Assembly (NCBI GenBank): GCA_020536535.1
Contig: JAHLWZ010000290.1
Coordinates: forward strand, 3,171-56,899
Source: Pelomyxa schiedti
Taxonomy: Eukaryota > Protista > Evosea
Direction of reading: 5' to 3'
Length of the DNA: 53,729 bases
The notes under the pieces are model-generated. The model was not told the origin of the DNA, did not search any database, and saw only the letters and a program-made list of their open reading frames with translations. This document shows, one piece after another, positions 11,882-22,339 of the stretch. How positions within the stretch are numbered: position 1 is the first letter of the stretch; each line of letters begins with the position of its first letter. A program made the position numbers and the translations under genes.

Positions 11882-12521
11882 ATGGGGACCGTATTGGTCA
11901 AGTTATGGCGGTTTGAGTTCACAAGGAAGAACATGAAAATAGTGGTGCTGGGTCTGAATGGCGCTGGAAAGACAACAATATTGAGGCAATTGCAGATGGG
12001 CGAAATAGCGACCACTACTCATGGAGGTGGTTTCGAGGTGGAGACCGTTGCATTCAGGAGCCTCACCTTCAACGCGTGGGATGTTAGTAACGAAAATGTG
12101 ACAATGCTCTGGAGACAGGTACTACCTTTCCCTCAACAGAGACTACAATGTAATGCCGCAATACATGAACACACAGAATAAGATATCAATCAAATGCTAA
12201 TTTGCTAACCACACCTGGCAGTATTTCCAGAACACACAAGGAATCATATTCGTAGTTGACACGACGGATCGTCCGCGGATCACAGAGGCCTGCGACGCAC
12301 TCCGCAGAATTCTCGCCGAAGACGGTCTCCGCAACGCCGGGCTTCTGATTTTCGCCAACAAGCAAGATATGGCCAATGTAATGAGTGTGGCTGAGATCAC
12401 CCAAAAGCTCGACCTTAACTCCCTGAGGAACCGAAGGTGGTTCGTTCAGGACTCATGTGCTATTTCTGGCGACGGGCTCTACGCGGGCCTCGACTGGCTC
12501 TCCCATAATCTCGGGGACTAG
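11882..12521 (+). CDS. ARF-like small GTPase (ARL family); 2 exons, join(11882..12118,12222..12521), 178 aa.
   Basis: Exon 1 is [36 protein letters not shown]...[16 protein letters not shown] with a GT donor at 12119. Exon 2 follows the AG at 12220-21 and reads [20 protein letters not shown]...[19 protein letters not shown]...[22 protein letters not shown] stop. The G1 (GxxxxGKT), G4 (NKQD) and G5 (SCA) motifs are present. Confidence 0.9.
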
Positions 12522-12640
12522 TTGTACCCTTCACTACTACTACTACTCCGTGCCCCAGCATGCCACATCACCTAATTTATGTCCGTTCGTTGTACAAAAA
12601 AAAATAAAAACCAAAGCACAAACGAGAAGAAGAGAGGGCA

Positions 12641-14152
12641 ATGTTTGTAGTAGGGACGTGGTCGTGTGTGGTTTGGTGCCTCACATTGGGATCTGCTTTT
12701 GTGTTAAGTGTACGTGCCTCTTGTTGGTGGGGTTTTTTTTCTCCCTTTTCCTGAGGTTGTTTCATTAACAGCCCCCTTTTTTTTTTTTGACATAACACAG
12801 TTGTACATGTGGCCTGGAGCTTTGCATGCGGACAGGGATGCTCCACAGGAAATTAAAAAACGGCTCATCAGTGTATCAATAGTATCTGTGGCTTCCTTGT
12901 GTGGCTTCTACTTGTTTTGGATTTACCCAGCTTCTGGAAAAATGGTGCCTCTATTGTCTTTTGTTTTCCTTTTTTTTTGTTGGTTTTACTCCTTTTTATG
13001 AACCGTTCTCGTTTCTAAGCTCCCATTGCGTTCTTTTAGTATGTCTTTCAATAAACCATTTGTCACAGTCTACAGGCTTTTGGCAGTTTATAGGCCTGTG
13101 GCCAAATTCACCTTGGCTTGGTATTATTGTCCCAACAGCCCTTACCGTGTTCCTATTCTTTGGCCCCCTGGTGCTCTCACTTATGTCTCCCGACATTTGT
13201 GGAGTACCGTATAGGTGTAAGCTGGGACAAAGGTTTCAAGATAAGTTGCGGGGATGGCTATATGCACTCCGTTTGCAACTGGAGTATGAAGCCACCAATA
13301 TTATATCTTGGCGTACTTTTGTTATGGTTTATACCATTTTCATTCCCATTACATGTAACGCACTTCTTCCAAGGGACCCCTCACGGAAGAAATTGTTTTC
13401 CGTGGCTGTATGATTCCCATTTTGTGTGCTTCAGGCCTTTCTATTCAGGCTGCGTGCTTCATGTCACCACTGGTTTTTGGACTTGGTGCGTTCAGCCTTA
13501 CACCAGCATTAGTCTATAAAACTCTTCACAAATCCTAAAACCCTTTTTATAGCTCATGTGCACCATGGAATACAAAGGGTTGTAACAAAAAAGGCACCAA
13601 TTCTGGAGGTTATTCTGGGTACAAGTATGCAAAAAGAACTTTTCCTCAGATCGGTAACTGTACTTTTTAGTTGTTCAGTTGACTTACACCACTATTTTTG
13701 GTGCATACACGTCATTTATTCTTATTCGCACAGGTACCCTCTACTACCCTCAACCACTCATGTAACAGGATACAGGGAATCTCTATGCCTGTATATTGGC
13801 GCACTCATTTTGTAACGTTATGGGTCTTCCACCATTTCAAGAAGCAATTGAACATAAATACCGATTTTGTGTGTTATCTTGTTCCCTACTAAACTCTGGA
13901 GTAACACTTTCCAGTGATTTGTACATCTTTTGTTATTGGGCTTGTTGGATTCTTCTTGCTGCTATTCCCACTGACCAACCCACTGTGGTACAGCTCCGTC
14001 TTTGTAGAATTGTTGGAAGGAAGACCAATATAAACAAACAAAAAAAAAAGAGAAGTTCACTCAAGTTGTTTGTTGTTTGTATTATTATTGCCACACACAC
14101 AAAACAAATACTCCCATCCCAAACTGCCTTCCCCTCCCTCTCCCTCCCATAA
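12641..14152 (+). CDS. RCE1: CAAX prenyl protease 2 (RCE1, CPBP family), multi-exon; the 3' end is approximate.
   Basis: Exon 1 is 12641..12709 (MFVVGTWSCVVWCLTLGSAFVLS) with a GTACGT donor. Exon 2 starts at 12801 (LYMWPGALHADRDAPQEIKKRLISVSIVS...). Later exons encode ...LGIIVPTALTVFLFFGPLVLSLMS..., ...EEIVFRGCMIPILCASGL.., AHVHHGIQRVVTKKAPILE, LTYTTIFGAYTSFILIRT and GNLYACILAHSFCNVMGLPPFQEAIEH.... The EExxFR, FxxxH and HSxxN catalytic motifs are conserved, and the order and spacing match human RCE1. Confidence 0.85.
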
Positions 14153-14172
14153 GTTCCCCCCAGGCCTCTCAC

Positions 14173-17100
14173 TCAGTCGCTAGCATATCCCCCATCATCG
14201 CTGCTCTCGCCCCCATCACCTCCCCCAGTAAACGGCCCAGTCTCCTCCGTGCCGGGCTCAGCCTCCGGCTCTGGCTCGGGCTCCTCCACCTTGGGTGTCT
14301 TTGGCTTGGTGGTGGGTATGACGAGCCTAGGGGGAGGCGGCGGCGGGGCCGGCTCGTGCTCCCTGGGGGCCAGCGGGGGTGGCGCCCGCAGGGTCCCGGG
14401 GGTGCTCCGCAGCGTGCCCCCGGAGGCCGCGGTGGACACAGCGGCGACGGTGGCGGTCACCGCCGCGGTGTCGTTGATGCTAAGGGCGGTGTTCTGCCCC
14501 TGCAGGTGCACCGGCATGGGCGGGAACGGCAGAATTTCCATGGGCGTAGGGCAGCTGCGCCAGTGGCGGGGCTTCCCGGTGTGCCAGAATCCTGTTCCGT
14601 GCGTGATAGGTTAGAGCTCTTGGGGGTTGAATTTGGGTTTTTAGGGTTTTGGCCACTTACCAACTTCTTGAGGCGAGTTTCGCTGAAGGGCTCGGTGGAT
14701 GGATTCTAGTACCATGGCTAGTCTTTCTTTAGACTTTCCTTGGAGTGCCGCCAGCTCTCTCTGGGCATCTTCACTGTAGTTCATTACGCCTACTGTTTTG
14801 TTGTGGATAAAGGCGCTGCTCAATGCCTGTCATTTTGGTTGGTTGAATTGGATGAACGCAAGAGAAATACAGTGAATCCATTGGTCTTGGTTAAGTTTTT
14901 GTCCATATCAAGGAACTGCAACCGACGATTGTGTGTAAGCATGTTAGCAACAGCAGCAGCACCGGAGTCACCCATCTGAAAAGATTGAGGGGATTGTACG
15001 GAAATATTACCAAGTACATTATTGTTGGATATATCAATGGATGTAAGGGAGACAGTATCATTCCAAGAATCAAAGAAGGGTATCAATACACGTTTGCCTG
15101 GATAATGGTGAGTTTAGGAAAATTCCAATGGAGGGTAAAAACCAAAGCAGGAGCCAAGTTTCAAGGTTGTAATAGTAGGGCATGACTGAAGGAGGCCTGA
15201 AAGGGCCTGGATAATGGGTCCTTGTGGTCCACTCCGGCTGAGTGTGTCACTCAGGTTCAGAGTATGAAGCATGTTAAGTTTACCTACTGTCTAGAAGATT
15301 ATGAGAAAACATAAACTGAAACGTGGTACAACCTGGACCATCTCTATCCAGGTAGCATCTTTTGTTTTAATACCGGTTAAATCTAAAGAAGCTATCTTAG
15401 ATGCGGCTTGCACAAGGTCTTTGTGAATCTGCATCTGTGCAAATGTAAAAATCTAGTTTGGTACCGTTGTGTGCGCACCTTCAGCTCAGTATTCTCGGAG
15501 AAATTGACTGTGCAATTAGACGCTTTGGGATTACGGGAGAGAGCAGTGAATAGCGATTTGGCTCCAGCGTCATACGAGATACCACAGCCAGAAAGGTTCA
15601 AGTTTGTGATAGAAGGAGAAACCTAATGGAGGTCAGTGATTCCACAGTGTAACAGAGGCAGGACAGTGTTACCTCCAAGAAAGCAGAGAGTACAAAAGTT
15701 GAGTTACCATCTACCAATCTATTATTTGAGATATCCTGGAACAATAATAAGTGAAAAATAGGACTCACTAACAACACACAAGTTCTGCAATTTCGGTCAT
15801 GTGCTTTAGTGATTGAAGGACATTGAGCGACAAAGTGCATCCAGAAAGTAACAAATGTCTAACACTGGTGAGTAATTCTGAATTCTTACGAGCCATATCA
15901 AACCTTATTTTGGCATAGACCTTCAGAGCAAAGAACCACCTCTCCAATTCCAGTGACCCAGGAAGTTCAAACTTGTTGTTTGATAAATTAAGAACCTGCA
16001 GAGACAACGACACGGATGGATTTTCAATAAAGGCCGAGAAAATTAACTGTATTGCTCGGGGCTGAAGGGAGTCAGAAAATACGGATGAAGGAGGGAACAA
16101 TGCAACTTGCATGGAACAATTGGATAGGTCCAATTCAATCAATGGATGTCGATAGCTGTGAAATACTTTGGCCAATTCCAGGGCCGCTTTGGGGGAAATG
16201 TTGTTTCCAGACAAATCCAAAATTTGTACTGCATGGAGTGAGTTCTGTCAATTGTTAAATGGTTACAATCAGAAGGGGCTAACTTTTTTAAGTGCCTCTG
16301 CAACTTCAATAATTTGTTGTTCTGAAGCTCCTATGTCAGAAAGTACAACTTTGGTCAACGTGACATTCGTTTGTAGTACATAGGCAACCATAGACATTAC
16401 TGCTGGTTGTGGAGTATCAGTGCAGATCACACTGTAGGTAGTCTGTGAATTACAGAAATAATACTGGAACGGGATAAAAACCTTCTGAAGTGAGAATCAT
16501 ATCGCAGAGAGGCCACAAGGGCTCTCAGTTCCAGAAGAGGTGCTTTGTCAGCATCATCTTCAATTACAGGGATTTGAGTTATATCCAACTCGGTAACATT
16601 GTTATCTATCAGGTCACGCAAATAGAAAACAACTTCACTGTTGTATTGTTTCAGATAAGAAAGAACAACGTATCATAAAGAATACCGATTTGCGAGCACT
16701 CCATAAAAAGAACATTGTCCATAGTAATTATTGATAAACTTGGTTGCAGGATCAGCTTCATAAGGATCCACTGCAACAGCCCTAAGGAAGGATCAGAGAT
16801 TCACAGTAGATAAGTTACCATACCCACTATCTTCCAGTTGGAAGTATGTGGCAGGGAATCCACTTGCAATTATTGCAAAGGACTCCCTGATGCCCTTAAT
16901 CATGGCACCAGCAGTGGAACATGAGACACTGAATTTATTCGACTTGGAGGGCGATTTATAGGAAATTGTCACCTTGTATCAATTAGGTCATAAAAAAAAA
17001 AGGTTACAAATTTGAAACAAACTTGGTCGTTGCTTCGATTAAGGGACTCCAAATCATACAAGTGGAATTCCCTGACCTGAATGTGCCAAGTTTATTTTAA

Positions 17101-17230
17101 TTGAATGGGAAAGTATCTCAAACCATCTTCAATTTCATCTTCTTTTCTTTGAGGAAAACCCAGATTCGGTACTTGCCAACAACCAAGAGAAGCTGGAAAT
17201 CCTTCTTTTTCTTTTCTTGCCTCTCCACAC
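14173..17230 (-). CDS. Ribonuclease-inhibitor-type leucine-rich-repeat protein (NLR-style LRRs) with an unidentified N-terminal domain and a GC-rich Pro-rich C-terminal exon; multi-exon, limits approximate.
   Basis: Minus-strand ORFs at 14641-16220 encode repeated LDLSxNxIxxxGAxxLxxxL units (LDLSNCSMQ..., LSGCGISYDAGAKSLFTALSRNP, IGDSGAAAVANMLTHNRRLQFLDMDKN). Upstream exons at 16400-16990 read ...VSCSTAGAMIKGIRESFAIIASGFPATYFQLEDSGYG|AVAVDPYEADPATKFINNYYGQCSFYGVLAN|R EVVFYLRDLIDNNVTELDI.... A GTAAGT donor after ..RLKKL leads into the 14173-14541 exon (..APPPLAPREHEPAPPPPPPRL...ESSDDGGYASD stop). Confidence 0.55.
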
Positions 17231-18845
17231 AATTATGCACGCTTTGGACTTCTTCGCCGTACGGAGACCATTTGCTGATGTGAGGGTCCGCTTGTGCTAT
17301 GTCTGTTTGGGTTTTGTTTGTTTTGTTTCCCTTGCGTTAGTACTTGTGGGTGCGTAAACTTGGCGGGGTTACTTTTGTACTGTTCTGTTTCGTCCGACAT
17401 CTCCGCCGGTTGTGTGGTTGTTCGTTGTCTTTTATTTTAAGGGATGTGTCGATCCGCGTCCGCCGATCAGATTTAATTTTTCTTGATTGTCGGTTGAGAT
17501 CCGGCACACGTTACGTGACAACAAACGTCATGTGCGTGGGGTGAAACGGCGACCTCCGGTTTGGTAGACATTCGTGTCGGTGTGAATAGACGCCGTGCAA
17601 ACAATGTTATGGGCCTGGCTCCCTGTTATTGTTCGTTTAGTTCCTAGTTTGCAAATAGATGACTCGCGAACCCACTTAAGTTCGCACAGCTTGGGTGTGT
17701 TGGGACAGTTTTTGTGCGCTCAGCAGGAAGCAGGATACCTGTCTTTTTATGCTATTTGCTGGAGTGAGGTCAAACACTGAGGCTTCTCTACCAGTGAACG
17801 GGTCCCTGTGGTGCCTTGTCAACCACCTTAATTGGACTGTTAGGCATGCTAACAAAAACGAAGACTTAACATACTCTGTTATAGGTACGCGACTGAACAC
17901 ATTGCCATGAAGGAATACAGGGTCATGTAAGATGTCCTGAGAAACGGGGCTATAAAGAGTTAGTTAGCAGCATTCCGGCAGGCTCGCTCTAACCAAAGAA
18001 TATCTGACGGAACATCTGGTATAAATACAATGGGCTTCTTCGTTTCTTCTCTCTTAGCCTTTTCATAGGCGAGAAAGGGATTTGGAATCCGCCTTGCAAA
18101 CTTTCTTAGTAGGTTTGTTTATTGTACAAACTGTTATTAAGAAACCATAGGCCTCATAGAACTTGCTATTTGACTATTATATTGTCAAAGAAGAGGAGGA
18201 TACACTTCGAGCTAGTATATGCAACTTATAGAACACCCGAGACCAGAAATCCAACACTCTTGTGCTCCATGGGGATCTCCAGAACAATATACTTCCGCAT
18301 GTTGCTAGTGTTGGTAACGCCACGCCCAAGCCATCTTCTAGGCCCACATTCCCACTCAAATACGAACGCATCAAGTTCACCGTCGCAATAGCAGATGCCA
18401 GTACAATCGAGAGGCCTATAGAGTCCACCCTGCGCCTCGAAGTCTCCGATTGACCACATTTGGATCTTCTCCTCCTTCCACATGCCCTAAATACTTCGGC
18501 GATAGTCACAGCGCCACACAAGACCAATGCACTCTTCCACTCTGTTGTAGCCCGTTGTGCAGATCCAGTGGGGATCAGATTCCGCTGCAGCTTTGTTGCC
18601 GTATTACTGAGTACCGGGCATGATACCAACCCAAATCTCTGCTGTCCTGTGATACTGCCCATCTCCTATTTCTTTCGTTTTAATGAGATTTCCGTTATTT
18701 CCTGTTTGACACCTTGGCACTTTGAAAGGTTGGCATCTTGGCACCTGTAATCCCCGGATGTCTGAAAAAAAACACCACAAAGCAACACTAAAAAGAGAAA
18801 AGATGTTTGTGTTCTTTTCCAGATCTCCATTTTATTCCAAATGCG

Positions 18846-19085
18846 ATGGGACAACGTTTAACTAGACGGGATGCACTGTTACAGGAGTATGACGGGTACA
18901 CGCCAACACAGCTGAATGCCGTTCGCGAGGAAGCAGTGGCTGCAATAACCAAAGAGATATGCCGCCAAAGAGCAGAGTATCAACAACAGGCACCTCATCC
19001 AAATCTTCTTTCTGTTTTGTTAGTTTATTGTAGGCTTCAACTGAGCTCGCGACTGCACTTCACAGTGCGGTGGTTGAAGATATGA
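18846..19085 (+). CDS. Small ORF MGQRLTRRDALLQEYDGYTPTQLNAVREEAVAAITKEICRQRAEYQQQ... (possible N-myristoylation consensus MGxxxT/S); structure uncertain.
   Basis: ATG at 18846 in track ORF 18807..19085. An adjacent open frame at 19037-19190 (ASTELATALHSAVVEDMKYDLSHLPGAHPGKKLIEPFIERVRIRLAAVKSGRESFQEQ) may be a second exon, but I could not find a canonical donor. Confidence 0.25.
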   Translation: MGQRLTRRDALLQEYDGYTPTQLNAVREEAVAAITKEICRQRAEYQQQAPHPNLLSVLLVYCRLQLSSRLHFTVRWLKI

Positions 19086-19555
19086 AATACGACCTAAGCC
19101 ACTTGCCTGGAGCGCACCCCGGGAAGAAACTTATTGAGCCATTCATAGAACGGGTGAGGATTAGGTTAGCAGCAGTAAAGAGCGGCCGAGAATCTTTCCA
19201 AGAGCAAGTATGCTTTCCTCTGTGAAGTTAATCTTTTCACGAAGTATGTATTAGATTAACCTGGAAGAGCCTTTGCTGGATAAATACAAGAAATTTTTTT
19301 CGGCTTGTGCTGCAGTTACACCTCCAATGCGATTTTTTCTCTTCTTTACACTTTGTTAGGTAGCTTTGATTTCAGCTCTCACTTCAACTCTGAAATTTGT
19401 AGTAAGCTTCTGCTATAATCATAGCTGGTCAGATGGTTTGTAACTCATCTGCAACTATTCCGCCCAACTACATTATGTAAGAGGATTTTTGGGAGGACCT
19501 CACAGTCGGAATCTTACTCCACCTGGGAGTAGGTGCTGTAAACGGATCTATTGGG

Positions 19556-20255
19556 GTGGCCCTCACTTGTATGCAGATTTTTTTGGGGTTTCCGCTGTTT
19601 TCACGAATTTCTGCAGACATTGTCGAGCAAATTCCCAAGATAATTCCTATCCTCAATAAAGGCGTTGGTGCAACATTCACACCATCGGTCTGTACTGCTC
19701 TTGTATCATTCCTTTCCAGTACTCTGTTTTACTTGATTGTCCACGTGTGGTGGTTCCACAACCAAATGGAGAAGAAGACTCTAATTCGAAACGGTATCCT
19801 GGCACTTGTTGACAGTTTTGGCACAGCAGCACTGGCCCCATTGGGCCCCCTTGGTAAAAAATTAACTGTAATTTCGTGAAAGATTCCAACCTGGAGCAAA
19901 AGCAATTCCGGCATTTATCGTCATATCGCTGCTTGCTACAATGGTATTGGATCATTACTTCATCGAGTCTCCAGAGGCGATCCAGAACAGAGTTATCATA
20001 AAACTGCTTGGTGAGTTCAACTTACAGTTCCTCTGTTAATGCATAAACAGGTCCTCAGGCAAATGAAAGGGAAGAGCAGCACGAAGAGTGGATGAAACAA
20101 TTCTTATGGTATTTTGCTGATACTAGTCCTCAATTAATTACAACCAGTTGTATTGCAATGGACATTCCACGTAATCCAGTATTCTTACATGGACACCTAT
20201 ACGACTCTTCTCTTCTAACAATTTGGCTCAATAAAAATCACAGTGGTATCAATTA
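19556..20255 (+). CDS. Small multi-pass membrane protein, 3 exons (about 19556-19846, 19898-20014, 20056-20255); function unknown.
   Basis: MALTCMQIFLGFPLF...FLSSTLFYLIVHVWWFHN...LAPLGPL|AKAIPAFIVISLLATMVLDHYFIESPEAIQNRVIIKLL|GPQANEREEQHEEWMKQFLWYF... stop. Donors are CTTG|GTAAAA and CTTG|GTGAGT, and phases are consistent. Confidence 0.4.
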
Positions 20256-20987
20256 AATGGAGAGAATCTTGCAAGACTAATAAAAACGCAAAAGATCCAA
20301 TGACACGACTGCCAGCTTCAGTAGCAGACCTAATACAAAGTGAGGAAGCAAGCCTAGCATGTGACAAGTGGTACGCATATTGTCAGATTCGTGAACGTCG
20401 CTTTGCTGCCCTACGTGCATTTGCTTTCCATACATGTACATTCTAAGTGTAAACCTACCAAAGAAGTGAGTGCTTTAAAATAGTATTCATGTCTCCTACA
20501 TCCGGAAGAATTTGGTGACCCCGCCAACATTTTGGGTCTGCAGTTGGTTTTTTTGGTTTTCTGAGCTGACGTTTTGATTCCCAACCTGTAAATCACGATT
20601 AATTGGAAAAAGCGGGAAAAACCAAACAAAGAGTGAAGGTGAAGTGGATAGACGACGCGTGCGTACTAAAGTCGAAGTTTAGGCATGTTTAACGGCATTA
20701 GAGCGACATTTGGCATTGGGATGGGTATGTTGTTTCTATGTCACTTTTTTCCCCTTTTTCCTGTCCCGTTTGGTTTGTGCACATCCATCACTCTCATTCA
20801 TTGTCACTTGGTAACTTGAACAGAAAAACCAAACCCCCAAGTGGCCACAACACGGAGAGAAGGTGCGGAAGAGAGTGGTGATAAAACACAGCATCAGGAA
20901 ACGCAAAGCACAAGTCTATCCTGTGAGAAGCAGCCTGATGGTGTCAATGCTCACCCACCTCCCAGAGTAGATGAGTCGGAGCCGGCT

Positions 20988-21698
20988 ATGCTTGGAGACA
21001 GGAGGGAAGATGAATCAGATAGAGATTGGGAGCTTTGTCCAATGGAAGAGGGTCATGTTGGAATTGAAACGCCTTGTGAAATCGTGGTTGCTGATCAAGG
21101 GAAGCAAATGGAGGAACTTGGAATGGGTGCTGAAATGGGCATGAGTGACAGTGTGCTATTCCTGAGGAGTACAGACGGGAGAGTAGAGGATGATGTGACA
21201 AATGGGGCTCATCCAGTGACTGAGGCTAGGGAGACTGCTGTACCAACTGAGGAGATTGTCAGGGAAGAAGTCAAGGAGATTGAATGCCCGACAAGTAATG
21301 AAGCTGAACAAGGAAATATCAAGAATTGTGCCGGTGGGGAGATCACAGAACCAAGTTGTACAATTTCTGTTGAGACTGTGGCCAACGACAGTTCCCTGCC
21401 CAAAGCCGATCAAGTACCACAGGAACCCCAACAAGTCACAGAGGTGCTCAGAGAGAAGAGAAGTAGACGTAAAAGCTGCATCAACATCGTTTACAAACAA
21501 GTGCGCCGTACTATGCTTTCAAAGGCAAAGAAGGAACCCCTTGTCTTTTTCCTTGTGTGGAGCCTAGTGTTGGTATGTCTGATATTGCTTCCTCCCCCAC
21601 TTACACAGCAAAAAAAATCAACGAATGGGAAAATATATAGGGAGTTGCAATCAGGACGTCGTTCTACGCCGGAGAGTTGTACGCAACCCAAGGCCTGA
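20988..21698 (+). CDS. Acidic low-complexity protein with a C-terminal basic stretch plus a single hydrophobic helix (tail-anchor-like); apparently intronless.
   Basis: Track ORF 20841..21698, first in-frame ATG at 20988. It is rich in E/D/T, and the C-terminus reads KRSRRKSCINIVYKQVRRTMLSKAKKEPLVFFLVWSLVLVCLILLPPPL. An upstream acceptor (aacag|) is possible, so this could be an internal exon. Confidence 0.35.
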   Translation: MLGDRREDESDRDWELCPMEEGHVGIETPCEIVVADQGKQMEELGMGAEMGMSDSVLFLRSTDGRVEDDVTNGAHPVTEARETAVPTEEIVREEVKEIECPTSNEAEQGNIKNCAGGEITEPSCTISVETVANDSSLPKADQVPQEPQQVTEVLREKRSRRKSCINIVYKQVRRTMLSKAKKEPLVFFLVWSLVLVCLILLPPPLTQQKKSTNGKIYRELQSGRRSTPESCTQPKA

Positions 21699-21706
21699 GC
21701 CACCCA

Positions 21707-22339
21707 ATGGCTGCCAAATCAACGATGACCAATGGCAATCCCAGCTACAAACAGCCACAGCCACAGCCACAGTCACAGTCACAGTCACAGTCACAGTCAC
21801 AGTCACAGGCCGAGCCTCCACTCTGCGGAGCCCAATTCCAAGAAAGGCTGGCCCTGCTGCTCGACGCCCTCGGGGGCACGGGCGACCCGCCGCCCGCTGC
21901 TGGCGTGACGGTCGAGCTGATGAGCCGCCCAGAGGCAGGCCACCCCCCCGCGGAGCCCGGGTCATCGCCCAGCACCTACCCCACAGTCGCGGCGGCCTTG
22001 GTCAGCGGGCCCCCTCGCCCCTGTCGCTTCATGGCTCGCGTCATCGCTCAGTACCTGGGGCCCCGCCGCCGGCTTGCTGAGGATCAGGGGCCGCGCCCCG
22101 CAATGCTGCACCTCATCGAGTGCCGCGAGAGTCGCCTGGGCCCGCGTGCTACCGTGGAGGAGAACCAGGAGGCACTGAGGGAGTACATTGTGGGAGGCGG
22201 TGGGGCCGTTTACGTGGAGGGGAGGGAGGAGGCCTGCTGGGAGGAGGTCGTGGAGATGGTTAGGGGGCTTGTACAGGACTGCGACGGCGCCGGCGTTCTT
22301 GTGCTACTCCACCCAACAAGTGACATCATCTTGGCCTGA
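21707..22339 (+). CDS. GC-rich (~68%) intronless ORF of 210 aa containing an in-frame (CAGCCA)3(CAGTCA)6 microsatellite that encodes QP/QS repeats; no recognisable domain.
   Basis: MAAKSTMTNGNPSYKQPQPQPQSQSQSQSQSQSQAEPPLCGAQFQERLALLLDALGG...VLVLLHPTSDIILA stop. Third codon positions are strongly biased to G/C, which indicates the sense frame. The antisense ORFs at 21651..21965 and 21745..21975 are judged to be GC artefacts. Confidence 0.4.
   Translation: MAAKSTMTNGNPSYKQPQPQPQSQSQSQSQSQSQAEPPLCGAQFQERLALLLDALGGTGDPPPAAGVTVELMSRPEAGHPPAEPGSSPSTYPTVAAALVSGPPRPCRFMARVIAQYLGPRRRLAEDQGPRPAMLHLIECRESRLGPRATVEENQEALREYIVGGGGAVYVEGREEACWEEVVEMVRGLVQDCDGAGVLVLLHPTSDIILA
21752..21808. repeat. Hexanucleotide microsatellite (CACAGY)n.
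   Basis: cagccacagccacagccacagtcacagtcacagtcacagtcacagtcacagtcacag, read directly from the sequence. Confidence 0.95.

Noticed and set aside
14077-14709. Long plus-strand ORFs (210 aa and 121 aa) rich in Gly/Arg across the GC-rich island.
   Set aside because: They are antisense to the Pro-rich minus-strand exon. GC-rich DNA keeps all frames open, and the composition (poly-G/R) is typical of an antisense artefact.
17300-18130. A ~0.8-kb ORF-poor region with a perfect hairpin cgcgaac-N8-gttcgcg (about 17660-17683), considered as a possible snRNA or other ncRNA locus.
   Set aside because: I found no match to U2/U4/U5/U6 conserved boxes or tRNA structure by eye. It needs covariance-model scanning, which I cannot run.
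18177-18760. Minus-strand ORFs (161 aa and 85 aa) with W/G/C-rich segments (..WSIGDFEAQGGLYRPLDCTGICYCDGELDAFVFEWECGPRRW..) and an imperfect ttggcac repeat at 18700-18740.
   Set aside because: I could not find a consistent frame or splice structure and recognise no motif. I left it unannotated as a possible degenerate element or non-coding region rather than claim a gene.
21752-21808. Regular short repeat (CACAGY)n, considered as a possible CRISPR-like array.
   Set aside because: It is a 6-nt microsatellite without spacers, lying in frame inside a eukaryotic ORF. The whole window is intron-containing eukaryotic DNA.
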